A DNA stretch of 60,794 bases, counting the filler. It is 4 parts of 4 records of this genome, joined end to end, with 100 filler letters (N's around TTAATTAATTAA, not from the genome) between each part and the next. Parts side by side here need not be neighbours in the genome. Positions count along the whole stretch, not along the records: positions 21,102 to 45,587 come from SRR20825019_834; 3 more parts are not named here. One strand, written 5' to 3'. Position numbers and translations under genes: made by a program. Of the stretch, positions 24,525 to 38,514 are shown in pieces. The first letter of the stretch is position 1, and every line of letters starts with the position of its first letter. The notes under the pieces were generated by a model. The model was given only the letters and a program-made list of their open reading frames with translations. It was not told where the DNA came from and made no database searches.

Positions 24525-26685
24525 ATGGGCTCCTCAAGCGAAGAGAGCGATGAAATCATGTACGAAGAGGAGGACGAGGCGGTTTGGGATGATGAAGATG
24601 AACATGTAACAAATGGCAGAATCGCGGGGTTAGGTTTCGCTATTAATGGTGTTCTGGCAGATTTCTGATGGCGCAGCGAATCCTTCGAACCGAAACCAAC
24701 CATTCCGTGTACTCTCAGGAGAAGGTAGAGAAGTTGGCTGTGTTGTCGATGCCTAGAGGACATGCTGAGAAAATATCAGAGCTTGTTCAGGCTCAGCAAA
24801 GTGAGATTGTGCAAGTTTCAGAAATTCTGAATGTGCCACTGAAAGTTGCTGGTGCTCTTCTGAGGACGGTGCAATGGAACAAAGAGGCTCTCCTTGCCAA
24901 ATGGTAGCTGGCAGTCTTGACAAAGTGCAATAGGGCTCTGAAGGTCTATGCTAGGTATGACGAGGACAAGGTGCTACACGAGGCAGTCGGAGATGCGCAG
25001 ACCCAGTCGGCAACACCAAAGGCTGAGCCGGGAAGCATCGCTCTGTGCAAGATTTGCTATTGCGAGGAAAATACAGACTTGATGACTGCCCTTGCATGTG
25101 GGCATTACTTCTGCAAGGAATGTTATGGACAGGTGTGTTGGTTCCGTTGTCCGATGTGATCCTAGAGCTACTAACTGCGTCCTCCCTAGTTCCTTACGCA
25201 CAAGGTTATGGAGGAGGGAATGCAGTGTGTATTCGCAACGTGTCCCGAGGAAAAGTGTCGAGTGATATGCGATGATGACCACTACAAGAAATTGGTTGAC
25301 GGTCCGACATTCAAGAAATATTCTCTGTACCTTACACGTTCATTTGTTGATGATAATCCGAACGTTGTGTGGTGCCCTGCTCCTGGCTGCTCCTATGCTA
25401 GTATGCGTGTTAATGCTCTCCTAATGTTCACATACTCACGGGATGTTGTACAGTTGAACTCGAGAATAGTCGAGCCCAAGAGGATCTCAAATGCTTGTGT
25501 GGCGCCATGTTCTGGTAGGACCACTGGTTGTCGTAGTTGGGCGATGGGGCTGAGCATACACGCTTTATAGCTCTCTGTGCACGAAGGAACCGCATCGTCC
25601 GTGTAGCTGCACCGAGCTGCGCGAGTGGCAGGCCAAGACGAGCAAAGATGGTGAAAGTGCAAGTTGGCTTGTAACTAACACCAAGGTATCGCTTGTTTGC
25701 TCCCGGAAGGGAACCCTCTATTGACGTGATGTGCAGGATTGTCCAAAGTGTTTTTCCCCGATAGAGAAGAATGGAGGGTGTAATCACGTAGGTGGATGTG
25801 TGCGGTGGACTCGCATGCATAATGCTAGGGTGGTGGCAATTTATCGACCATGTTTCACTTCAGATGACTTGCAAGAAGTGTCAATTTAACTTTTGTTGGG
25901 TAGGTTTGTTTGTACCTTACTAGGTAGCTGTAGCGCTAACCTTTCTATTAACAGTTGTGCTCCATGCCCTACAAGGACCATAAGGAATGCAATCGCTACA
26001 AGGAGGACAACAACGAACAGGGCAGCTCAGGAAAGCAGAAATCCGACAAAAGAAAGGAATTGGAGGTGTGAAAGACGGAGATACTTGTGTAATGCACTTA
26101 TGCTGACGTGGGGTCAATGCAATGTAGAGATTCACATTCTTCTTGACAAGGTACAACGAGCACGAAAAATCAAGGAAGTTGGAACGGAGAATCTTGGAAA
26201 GGGCCGGTGAGCGCCTTTCAATTTGGAGTCCCCATGCCGAGCAATGTAACTCACCCTCATATCAGAGGCGAAAATGCAAGTTCTTCAGGACGAGAATAAC
26301 CAGTCCTATCTGGAGACAACATATGTTTCCGAGGCTGCCCATGTGTTGCTCGAGGTAGGATGATTGCCCTCATAGTCTAGCCGGTCACGTACCTTACAAT
26401 GCCATTGCAGTGCCGTCAGATCCTGATGTACTCCTACGTGAAGGCTTATTACCTTGATCCCCATTCGTCCGCGAAGGGGTTATTTGAGATGCTACAATCG
26501 GTACTGTAATTCCCGTTTCCAAGACCAACCACTAATGTTCTGAGACTGTTTGTGTGCAGTCCTTAGAATCCTCAGTCGAGAAGCTGTCGGGGCATCTAGA
26601 GGCAGATGCATCCGATGACGACAGAATTGGTGTCATTAACCTCACCAGGCATTGCCAAGTGCAATTGGAAAACATTCTACGGTGA
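24525..26685 (+). CDS. Ariadne-family RBR E3 ubiquitin ligase
   Basis: Acidic N-terminus, WNKEALL, RING1 (CKICY...CGHYFCKEC), IBR (WCPAPGC), RING2 (CPKCFSPIEKNGGCNHMTC) and Ariadne domain. Thirteen GT-AG introns traced by hand. Confidence 0.92.
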
Positions 26686-26707
26686 TCATACTGACAATCC
26701 CAGGCAC

Positions 26708-27775
26708 TCATATTTCCTCAAGGTTGAGTATTGGGGATCTAACGTGTAGACTGGCAGTGGTTGTTGTCGTCATGAGCTTGTTGAGGAAGGTATCATCGGC
26801 TCCTTCTCTATTGTGCTTGTACAGCCTTGAAACAAAGCTGGATGGAGGGTCAGCAATAAAGGCCTGGCACACGTTGACATAACCGCCATTACCTGTTTTC
26901 GCACGACTTCACCATGTAGTAACTCATTGGACCTAGCAGAAAATGCCATATGCCGTGATTGATGCGCGCCCTGGGGGTGCAGGCATATTATGAACGCGTT
27001 AGCCTTAGCTATTTCCAAGTAACATACCAATCTTCTCTCTCATTTAATCCCCGATACATGAACACTCCACTGATGGCTAGGAGAATAAGTGCCTTCCAAA
27101 AGTATTGGTTAGGGAAAGGTGGGGCCTTGCCAATAACAATCCACTTAGACATGCAGCAGACGCAGCACATCACTGTCTAAAATACATCTCAGAAGCCACA
27201 GCGCATTCCCACTGCTGTGCTTGGATCCTTACTGGTAATGCAGAGCAGAAGAGGGCCCAAGGATTCATCTCTTGTAACATCAATACCATACAAATAAGCA
27301 TGGTATTTAAAAAACGATCAACAACATAGGAACGAAATGCTATCAAGTTCATGAACATTCTTGCAAAGCAGTACACAGCAAGAATGTTATCAAGCCTTAA
27401 TCATATTCTCAGTCGGTAACCGTTTGAGTCAACCAGACCTCGTACCTATGCCACTCCCCTGGTTGTAAGATCACAACCTCCCTCCTCGAATCGCATATAT
27501 GATATCCGATACTAACAAACACTGCGGCACCAGCTGCTGCAGCGAAAAAGAAGTCCTTAATTCGAACAAGAGCATACACCGCGTACAGTCCACTAAGATT
27601 GGTCGGGACCTGCTGTGGCCGTTAGCGGGGAAAAAAGTTCACACGCGCATGGCTGCACATTAAATATCCAGTTCCACCACATTTCTGAGAAGGGGTCTCC
27701 CTTTGGACCGAGGCGGTGGTAGAACATGGTTGGCCCTGGCCGGTCAGCCTGTGCCCCGAAAATATCGTGCGTCAT
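26708..27775 (-). CDS. DUF3522/TMEM8-like multi-pass membrane protein (CREST hydrolase superfamily)
   Basis: Spliced product has SIGYHICD...EWHRLDN and RINHGIWH, i.e. the SxxxH, D and HxxxH metal-binding motifs, within hydrophobic segments. Confidence 0.75.
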
Positions 27776-28401
27776 GACACGGTTCCCGAATACTGCTAGA
27801 GAGTGAGAATAAATTTGATATTTGAACAGTCATCAGTGCCCGGGGGCCCGCCCGCGGCGCCGGCCAGCGGCGCGGACGCCCCGGCAGGCTTGGGAAAGCG
27901 AAACGACCGACGGCAAGCCAGCCCCCGCCGCGCGCCCCCGCGCGCACTGTCTTTTCTTTTTCTTTTCTTGCACATACACCGGCCCAGGCATGATGGGCCT
28001 GGGCCGGTACGTGACGTCCGGCCCCGTGCCGGGTCCGCCCCCGACGCGGCTGGGGCGCCGCCGGCCGGGCCCGAAAGCCGGGCGCGGCCGGTCGGTTGTG
28101 GCCGTGGCCGGGAGCGGGAGGCCCGGCCGACCGGACGGCGGCCGGCGGCCCCGCGGCCGGCCACCATGCCGCCCTCACTGTGAGTCAGTCGCCGGCGCCG
28201 TGACTCGGGCGAGTCCGTCGCGGGCCGGATGAGTCGACTCAAGTCACTGAACCGTCCCCCGCCGCGCGCCCCGGGCGGGACCGCGATGGCCAGTGTTGAT
28301 GATTTCTACAGTCCGAGCGCGAAACTCCCCTGCCGTGCATGGATTACAAGAATGTTTTGGAGTTTACATATTTGTCTGGCAGTGGCTCATGAACTATGAG
28401 G

Positions 28402-31400
28402 TTATGAAGATGATGGCTACAAATGAGGTTAGCGGGGCAGCTAGGCGTGCCGCAGATTAGTCACCTTCTTTGCCTTCTTCTTTTGCTTGGACAAACTAGC
28501 CTTCTTGAGCTGCTCTAGATACGCTTGCTCCGTTAACTCTTGCAATTGCTTTACATGCCCAACATCACCGGGAGCGTAACCTGACGACATTGCTGAACAC
28601 TCTAATAAGACAAACTGAATGCGCACCGCGTGAAAATAACTCACGTGCAGCGAGGCCTCCTGTTGACCGTGGATGGGCAGCCTCCCTCAATCGTTGCTCT
28701 GCTTGCCTCAGGTCTCCTTCGAGTCTCTCCTTGTCTAGCTTGTATCTTTCGCATTTGTTATGTATATCCTGGATCTCGCGGTAGCTATTGGCCTCCGTGG
28801 TTCTCAGATTGCTGAGCTGAGCGTAAGCATCGTTTGCACGGTTCTCGGCAGTGGCTGCCATTGTTCTCAAGTTCTCGATCGACTGCAAAGTGCTTAGACC
28901 AGTACGCGGACAATTGCATTAGACATAGGCAATACCTTTTGCGCGTCCTTCATCTTCTGCTGGTACTCAGACTCGGTGACCAAGAGTGTGGACAGACGAT
29001 GCTCAAGGTCGTTGTTCCTTTCGCACATCCTATCCGCTTCCTCACGGGTTTCAGTGATCATTTTCTCGAGCCTGGAACGCTCACGCCGCGACTCGTCACG
29101 ACTGCAACCGCACAGGTCAACAGACTAGCCACCGGAATCAATGACATACATACAGCTTGTTCTCAGTCTCACAAGATATCCTGCGCGTATCCTCGATGTC
29201 CTGCTCAAGGCGACGGATGGTAGCTTGTGCCTCGTTGATCTGGCCTCGGAGACTGTTGCTCTGCATTCCCCATGTTAGCTAAACAACGCAATCACCGTCT
29301 CTTTCTGCGTACCAGCTCATCCATTCTCTCAGCACAGTCCTTCTTCTCCTTCATGATGGTGTCATTCAGCGCCTTCTTGTCCGCCTCCAATGACTGGATC
29401 TTAGCCCTGCACTCGGCAGCCACATTGGCAAGTCTTGTGCAGTCGCTCTCCACTCGCTTGTTTTCCTTCCTTGAGTCATGTAGACTCTGTTGATACTTCT
29501 TGATCTCATCACCCAGTCGAATGCGTTCTACAGCAAGATCTTTCTTTGCGGTGTCGGCATCGGCAAGAGCACTGCCACGCGAATCAGCAGAGCTGCGGGA
29601 GAGATCTAAAAATAGCACATACCTGTCTCGATGGAACTTGGCTTCTTCGCTCTGCTGCTGGGCCCGGGACTCCCTCTCAATCAATTCGGTAGTTGACTGA
29701 TGGAAGCGCTGGATTGCGAACGCAACAGTCAGTTTCGACGGAGACTGACGTCATCGGGGCAATACCTTCTGTTCATTCGCCATATGCTCCTGCATGGCCA
29801 CCTTCTCCTCTTCCAAGGACCGCATTTCACGTTGGAGCTTCACAACATTCTGCTGCGACTCAGCTATCTTTGTTTCAAGCTGCTGGATCTCTTCGAAGTA
29901 CTTGGCCTCCATCTGGTCTTGCTGCATACGGATGCTAATCCTGCATTAGTTGACGAGACTACGTGGTGCCTTTGTAATTACCTCTGGATGACAGCATCGC
30001 TCCTGGACTGCATTTCAGACCCTTGCAACACGAGTTTCTCCGTGAGACGAGAAATCTCTTTTTTTAGTGTCTCTTCTCGCGCCTTGGTCTGATCACGGGT
30101 GATGTGAGCTTCGTTAACCAGATCTACAGCCTCCTTGGTCTTCCTTTCAGCATCAGATGCCCGTTTCTCAGAGGAGTATATCTTCTGCTCTAGGCCGGAG
30201 ATAGTCCTCAACGCATCAGCGAGGTCGTCACGGGCCTGGTCCCTTTCCCGAGCAGCATTCGCATGCTGAGAACGTTCTCCTGTGCAATCTATTAGCCCCG
30301 CTCACCTATCCTGTCATCGATGTACCGTTCAAGGCTTCTTCCAGGCGTCTGAGAGCGCGGGTCATGTCACTATCCTTTACTTGCCATGCCTGCTTCTCAG
30401 ATGTCAGTTGTTCTGCGTGCTGCCTAAATCGCAGAAGTGCCTCTTCCAGAGTCCTGAACAACTTGCGTCAGTATGAATGACAAACGAGGGGAATGCACAA
30501 TACTTTTTGTCCGACAAAGATGTCTGGATGTGGCTCTGCAAGTCCTTCTTGACTTGATTCAACTCAGATGAAAGCTCTCCCTTGCGCTGCTCCGCGTTCT
30601 GGCACTTCGACAATGTCGATGCATGGGTGCGCTCAAGATCCTCGAGCTCAGTCGTCAAGTTGTAGCTGGTTTGCTCCAGTTCTGCTATGCGGTCTACTGA
30701 CTGCTTGAGTTGCTTTGAAACCTCGATATATTCGCGCGTCCGCGCCTCGATCTCCTGCTGCTGTCTATCCACCTCGTGCTCCATAGTCTGGCGTTGTTCG
30801 ACCAATGTGTCATTCTCAGCGGTCAGCAATTCCAACCTTTCCTGCAACTCCATCCATTCGTGGGGGTCATGCGAGCCACCATTCGAGCCGGGTCCCATCT
30901 TATCTTGATTAAGTGACATACGAGTTTCAAGCTCTTCCGCCTCAGAGATACGAAGATCCATGGTCCTTTGCAGGTCACTCCGAAGGCGCGTGTTTTCGTC
31001 AGTAAGTTTTCGCACGGAAATATGGATGTTGTGGAGCTCTTCTTTGTAGAATCGTACATTCTCCTCCAACTCCATTATTCTATCGTCATATGCAGCAAAC
31101 AAGGGGGAAATATGCTGCGAGTTGGAGAGCCATGGAGGGATGGCTTCATCCTTAGTTATGCCAACGGAGTCGACTGCGCTGTCTGCAACAGGAGGATACT
31201 TGCTGTGATACCTATTAAGCTCGGTTGTCAACCGGCGAACAATATCTACAAGCGGTGGAATCAGAACGTAGCTCACGCCGAATAGCTCGGGTATATACCT
31301 GTCAGGTTCTCATTCTGTTTGCGCACGTCTCCTAGCTCCCTCTCAAGACTGGCCTTGTCCAAAAGCTCTGTGATCGGGCGCCGATTGTGCGGCTGCCCGA

Positions 31401-31428
31401 TGTCTGCCTCGTGCAAACCAACGTCCAT
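28402..31428 (-). CDS. CEP89 (CCDC123)-like centriolar distal-appendage coiled-coil protein
   Basis: IPPWLSNSQHISPLFAAYDDRI...EN...EWMELQERLELLTAENDTLVEQ resembles the conserved CEP89 block, followed by a long multi-exon coiled coil. Confidence 0.7.
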
Positions 31429-32894
31429 CGCCCCGAAATAGAGCTTACGACTTGATGACCTCTGCAGGAATCCTTATATCTAAACCTCGCCCCGGCGAAC
31501 GAGGTCACCATTAATTGGTCGGGCGGTGCCGTGACGACGGCGGCCCTTGACCATTCCTTTCAGTTCGCAAGCGGCGGCCGCCATGTGCTGGGAGACTGGC
31601 CCCACCGTGGTTGAAGCCCACTGTGAGCCAACGTCGGGTCGGCCGGCGGCCCCCGAGTTCAGGTTTGGCCGGCCGGTCGGCGGCCGACGGCGACATGCCG
31701 TGCTGATGGTGCTGAGTGGGGCTCTACGTCACCGGCGACCACGAGAAGTCTGGCTGGGCCGGGCCGGGCCGGCTGCTGGCGGGGGCGCGCCGGGACGACG
31801 CCGCCGGCGAGCGCTGCCACGCCCGTCAGGCGTGCAGTGTGGAGTGCGGCGCCCGCCGTGCGACCGGTCACGCCGCCTGGGCCCGGGTCCGGGCCACCCG
31901 GCAGCGGGAGCCGCCGGGCGCCGCCACCGGGACGGCGGGCCGCCCCGGCGGCCGGCGCCGCCGGCGCCGGCACGCTGACTCATCATTCGCGGGATGTTCT
32001 GGCACTCACTCTTGCGTGCCACCTCGAAACAAATGAATTTGACTCATTCAAACGCAGCCCACCCTCCAGTAGCCCACCCTCTCGCCCTTAGCACGTTGTA
32101 GCAATGTGCCTCCCGAGGCTGTCCGCGACAAGTGACCCGAACGAAACTTCAGTCATCCAGGCTTTTCATTTCCGGGCGCCGCCGTGACCTCCTCCGTCGG
32201 GCCGGAGCCGGCGGTGCCAGCCGCCCCGGCGCCGCGGCCCGGGCGCCGGCGCGCCGGGCGCTCGACGGCGGCCGGCGGGCGCCGCTCACTGACGACTGAG
32301 CGGGCACCCGGCGCCCGGGGCCCGGGCGGCGGCCGTCCTGAGTGCTGCATGCTCGGTGCGGCCGTCCCGTCCGGCTCGGAAGTCCTATCAGTATCCTCGC
32401 CTGGGCGTGCCGGCTGTGTGGGAGAAGTTGACTGACTGCTGTACTAGGTCAGGACCCGACCCATCCGACCCGCCGTACGGTGACTGTGACCCATGCAGGA
32501 CTCGGGAGCGCACCCGACCCCCACCCGGCCGGCCGCACAGCGGCCCGACCGACCGGGCAAGCGCACCCAGACAGCGCCTAGCCTCTCGTCGTCCGCACTC
32601 AAGGAGCCCGACACAGTGCCGGGGCCTGCGCCTTTCACCCTCAATCGATTCCAGTTCGTGACCAGCAGATGCTCCTTCATCGCGAGTGCCTTGCCCGTCC
32701 ACCTCGAGTTGGCACGGGGCGACCATACTGTTGGCTAAAAGCTGTCGGTTGTGAGCAGCAGGCAAACGCCGGGGGGTAGGTCGTGTGATCTGGAGTCCGA
32801 CATAGGTAGATAAATCGGTCGTTCCTACCCACTTCCAATACCTGGCAGAAAGCAATGTCCTGCAGGTGTTTGCTCTAAGTTAACTGGCTTTGTG

Positions 32895-35385
32895 ATGTCG
32901 AATAGGGGGTCTAGTTGCCAGCACCTTCGAGTGACAAACACCGAGAAGCTTCTTCGCAGGTTGAGCTCAAAGAAAATAGTGAACGGTATCCGGACACAAA
33001 AGCTCAACTGCAGCCACTGTTCGCATGGTAAAGTTGCTGCTTGGGTGAGGGATCGTTGTACTGAACTTTGTTATTAGGGCTGAGTCGGGGTCTTTGGGTA
33101 TGCTTAAACGACACTTGCGATTACGTTGGGTGTGGCAGGAACGACAACCAGCATGCGCTTAAACACAGCAAAATGGCAGGGGTACGAGCTTGTTTTTTCT
33201 TCTGCTTGTTAACTAAACCTTGCCTCAGGACATGCATTCCCTGTGTATTCAGATAGGGTCTGGGCAAATTTGGTGTTATGGTTGTGACGAGGAGGTGATG
33301 GAGGAGGATGGAGCGCGGTTTGGTATTGATATTGCACAAGTTCGCGCGGCTGTAATGATGACTCCTTCTTCCTCGTCTGCAAACGTTACCCCTATTTCTC
33401 CTAGTGGAGGTGTTGGTGGTTTGGTGGGACTGCGGAACCTTGGAAATACTTGCTATTTCAACTCGGCGCTACAGTGCCTTTCAAATATTCCATCTTTTTC
33501 ACAACATTTTGTGACTTGTGCTGCGAATGTAGCTTCGCGCTCACCTGATCAAATCCGAACACCTCGCGCTCGCATGGCGAGACATTTGCTTGAACTTTTC
33601 GAAGCAATGTGGGATGTACGGCCCGACGGGCCGCGCGCACTATCACCCGCAAACTTATTGCAGAACGTCGCAGAGGTGAACCCTCTCTTTCGCGGCCACC
33701 AACAGCATGACTCGCATGAGTTGCTGCAAACTCTGCTGTCTAGTCTGCACGAAGAAATCAAGGAGGGCATGACTGACACGATGAAACGAGAATTTTTCGA
33801 ACGCTATCCTCCTAAAAAAGCTCCAACTCCAGAAAAACAGAAAGAGCTAGATGATCAGGTGGCAAAACAGCTCTTTTCCAGCATTGTGTCACAGACCTTT
33901 GAAGGAAAGTTGCTTTCAGAGGTACAGTGTGGCAACTGTCACAAGATATCGGATACCGTAGACGCGTTTTATGATCTTGCTGTGTCCATTCCTGGGAAAA
34001 AGCAACAAAAAGCAACGGCAGCGGCAGCGGCGGCAGACTTAGGGCCGGGGAGTGATGGTGTTGGGGATCAAGGTGGGAAGCAGAAGTCCAAGGACGGTGG
34101 TAAGGGGTGGCTTTGGGGGATCCCCAGCCTTCTGGGGCTGAGCTCGGGGAAAGGTATCACGCTTGAAGATTGTATTGCTGGTTTTTGTAGCAGAGAGGAA
34201 TTGCAAAACACGTACAAATGCGAGTTTTGCAAAACGGTCAGCGATGCGCAAAAGAAGTTCTCCATGTTGGAGCTGCCCGAAGTTCTGTGGGTCACTATCA
34301 AACGTTTCAAATATGATTCGTATTTCGCGTCTAAGGTGTCTACAGCCGTCACCTTTCCAGTTCAGGAGTTGGACATGCGACCTATGCTTGCCCGGAGAAA
34401 AGAAAGCGGAATCGATAATCCACTCACCAACACAAAATACGAGTTAGTGGGCTTAGTCAATCACCGTGGTGCCGTGGGAGGCGGGCACTATGTTGCTTAT
34501 TGTCGCCATCCAACAACAAACCGGTGGTATGAGTTCGATGATGCCACCGTATCGGCAATATCGGAGGCGGACGTGATGAAGATTGAAGCGTATCAGCTCT
34601 TTTATCGACTGAAGCCTTCCGAAGTTGAGAAGCGGGAAAAGTACACCCTGCAGCAACTGCATGAGCGGGATATCAAGCAGCAAGCAGACAAGACACATGC
34701 AATTAGCGCAGCATGGTTGAACCGATTCAACCACTTGAACTCCCCAGGGGTGATTACAAACGATGACTTCACGTGTCCTCATGGAAGAATGGACCCAAAT
34801 CCAAAATCTACGCTGCGGGACATGCTTGATCGGCGCGTCGTTCTAGTTAGCGGTGATGTTTGGAAGGCCATGCACACACGATACAGGGGTGGGCCAGAAG
34901 TTCTTGCGCGAGGAGGACTAGAGAAGTGCCATGAATGTGAAAGCGCCCGAAGAAAACTCCAGGAACGGCGTAGCCATGAAAAGGAACTGATCCGCAAGAG
35001 TGATGGCACGAGTATCACAGATTGCGAGTACTGGTGGCTTATCGATGCGGAATGGTTGGGCCGCTGGCGTGAATTTACAAGCGATGGTAGTGTATTATGA
35101 GCTCATGGTGTGTCTGGGACTTACTTAGATTGTGCAGACAACGATGTGCAGCCGCCGGGTCCAATATCGAACACTAACCTACTAACCAAAGACATGAAAG
35201 TGCGGAGTGGTTTGCACCGGGTAAAACATTACCGGGGCGTCAATCGCACTGTGTGGGACATCTTTTTCAAAATTTACGGTGGTGGACCTGTCATTCCTCG
35301 AACTCGGTTGGAAATATACTCAGACCCAGTTCCACCCAACGAAGCCGAGCAGTACGCAGTTCACTATGGCACGGACGTTATCTAG
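32895..35385 (+). CDS. USP20/USP33-like deubiquitinase (zf-UBP + UCH + two DUSP domains)
   Basis: zf-UBP (CLNDTCDYVGCGR..NQHA...WCYGCD), Cys box GLRNLGNTCYFNSALQCL, His box HRGAVGGGHYVAY..WYEFDD, and two DUSP segments ending YRGGP / YGGGP. Confidence 0.9.
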
Positions 35386-35444
35386 AGGCTTGTGCTCGAT
35401 GCAAATAAATCGCGGCACACTCGAAAAGAATGGCATACTATGTT

Positions 35445-37769
35445 TTACATTTTGGCCTTTTGCCACGAATTATCACGGAGCAGGCGCTTCTTGATTTTCC
35501 CCGCATTATCACGGGGGAACTCTTTGTGCAGTGACAGGCTGCGAGGCAACTTATATCCGGCGATCTTGCCCTTACAAAAGGACTGAACATCCGCCAAAAG
35601 CAGCTTGCTGCTTGCATCCTTGAGCTGGATAGCCGCATGCACTTTCTCCCCTGCAACATGATGCATCAGACCTGGTCTTTGGGTGCACCCGCATGCCAAC
35701 ATACCAAACTCAGCGTCGGGCACTCCGTACACGGCAACATCCTTGATCAATGGATGGTCGTGCAGACAGTTTTCAATTTCGGCCGGGTAAACGTTGACTC
35801 CACCAGATAGAATCATATCACTACACAGCGCTGTCAGACTCGCATAGTCTATTGCACAGCACCTTGCACACTCACGTCTTGCGATCACAGATGTAAAGGA
35901 AGCCTTCCTCATCGACCTTGGCGATGTCACCAACACCCACAAAACCGTCGCCAATAGTAGCCTAGTGCTGCGTAAGGAGGGGCGACTCAAGACGGAAAAG
36001 CGAATATGAATGCACACCTTCTTTGTTTTTTCCTCATCATCATGGTATCCAGCCATGATACCGCCATGTTTGACGTATAGCTCCCCTTTTAGGTAAATAT
36101 TAGCAAATCCAACAGATCTACCGCTGTCTAAGATATATACCAGGGGTATTGGGCGGCAGATTGTTGCCCTTTTCATCCACGACAAGGTATTCAATGCCAT
36201 CAAGGAACTATAACACCAATATCAATAGACTGCATGGGTGGCTGGCTTACTTAACTACCTTTCCACATGACCCAGGCTTTCTCAACGCATCCTTTGGCTC
36301 CAGAACACTCACGATTCCCATCTCAGATGCGCTGCCACCACAATCAGCACCTTTGTAGGCTATAAGTGCATGAATTTCATACCCGTAGAACTCGCACGCG
36401 ACATTCCCAATCTTCTGGTTGATTTCAACCTTGGTTGGGTCTGGAAGTGGTGCCCCCCCACTGACAAGAGCCTTTAGAGAGGACAAGTCATATTTGCCCT
36501 TCCCGACTTCATCAATCTTGGCCAGAATCCGTTTGATTAGCACAGGTGCCATGAACGCAGATGTGACGCGGTACCTAAGCATAATCGTGAACTTCAAGCA
36601 ATATTGAGGATAAACGTCACATACTTGGCAATCAACATCATCGCCACCTCTGCGTCGAACTTGTGGAGCACAACAGAAGTCTGACCAGTGGTACAGGTAG
36701 TGAGTGCCATGGAGAATGGGGCTGCATGGTATAGTGGCCCGGATATCAAGTGAACCTATGTTAGAAAGTACAAATTAGCCTCTTAGGAATGCGGCACGCA
36801 ACTCTTCAGCTCACCCCTTCAAAATCGGCGTCCGCATCCGCATCCGCATCGTCTTCGTCCTCATCATCGTCATTCGGAATCATGCGGAGCTTGCTCATGA
36901 CTTCCATCATGTTCACCGCCCGGGATCCGCGATGGTTGACACCCTGATATTCAGTATTGTCAGAAACTAATCACCTTGAAATTTGCGTTGAATACCTTGG
37001 GAAGACCACTGGTTCCACCAGTAAACAGCATGTAACCACCCCGACCCTTGAAGTCTACCGTAGTCGTTAAGCCAGTGAAATGGTCATCAAAACAAACATC
37101 TCACCTGGATACTCATTCAGTCCAAGATCAACCAGAGCACCGACAGTGATATCGCAAGGCCCCGCTACAAAAGAAGTCACATAAATATTACATGGCAACC
37201 TATGCACCATCATACTCTTAGGGCCCATGTTAATCCAGTGTTTGATGTGTGCACAACCGCTCTGCTTCCGACAGAACGCAGTAATCTCATCGAACTCGTC
37301 GTCAACGAAAACAGCTAGGATATATTAGTCGCTTGGCATTGCATAATATACGCATCAAGCATCATACCTACTGGTTTCGAATATCCAAGGATATAGGAAA
37401 CCTCTTTGTTGACCAAATGCCAGTTAAGTGGGCAAACATCAATGCCGAGAACAAGCAGCGCCTCGCGAACAAGAATCCACTGGAGCGAGTTGTGACCGTA
37501 CACTATGGCACGGTCCCCCATCTTCATTCCAGCCTTAACAAGCGAGCTGCAAAGCCTGTTCCGCATATTGATAAACTGACTCCATGTGCACTCTTCGATT
37601 GAACTCTCTCCACTAGACTGCTTTTTCACACTAGCACAAAATAATTTCTCAGGGTGTTCCAGTGCATGGTTAGCTAAGTGGTCTCCGGGAACAGGCTCGG
37701 AAGGCATGGTCTCCAGCTTATGTCAGGCGCTCACCTTACCAAGGGTGGGGTGCCAAATACTTCAACCAT
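35445..37769 (-). CDS. Acyl-CoA synthetase (AMP-binding), probably peroxisomal
   Basis: Multi-exon. FTGGTSGLPKG, GPLYHAAP, YGASE, MILSGGVNVYPAEIE and PRDNAGKIKK motifs; C-terminal AKM fits PTS1. Confidence 0.88.
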
Positions 37770-38514
37770 GAATAGTACTTGGCTGAACGCCTAGTCCCTC
37801 AACTCAACGATGAGTGTAGCGAAGTTTGTTGAGTGTTCTTGCCAACAAGTGTAGCTTGCAATGGAGATAGAGTGTTGCATGTCACAAGAAGCCCTCACCC
37901 CCACCATCCCCCAGGCAACAAATCCTTCTCGCAGAGTTAGGCTTGAAAACTGAACTGACCCCTGGGGCGGAGTGGGTGCGACACCCAGACGGACCGCGGT
38001 GCGCAGCTCACCAACAAGGGGACTGTCGGGCGCTCCCAGCGCGGCGCGGGCAATTTGTCGGCCCTACGTGGTAAGAAATCTCGATGGTTCGAGATATCGA
38101 TCTGGGTCAATCCCGCGTCGGTCCGGGACAGGTTGACTGACTTGGTTGAAGTTGATATTATCACCGGCGGACCGCGGGGACCCGGGACGGGCCGCGCCGC
38201 CCGGGCGGCGGGCGCGCGGTGACGCGCGCTGCACGGCCGGACCGTGCCGGTGTGCGTGCCGGGGGACAGGACAATTGTTGACCAGCCCGGGCACCGGCCG
38301 GGGGTAGCACGTATGGGCACGGCAACCCCAGGAGTCAAGGCCGGGGTTGATGCAGGTCGGCACTCAATGTTGGAGTGGAGTCAGCCGTGTGGCCAGGTAT
38401 GCGCTTAAAATGTTGTCGCCAGTACTATATATTAACCTGAAAACGTGAGTACCTGAGTAGAGCATTAGGGGATTTCCTCCTACGAATCTAAATGTACATA
38501 TCTCTGCCTCCGGG

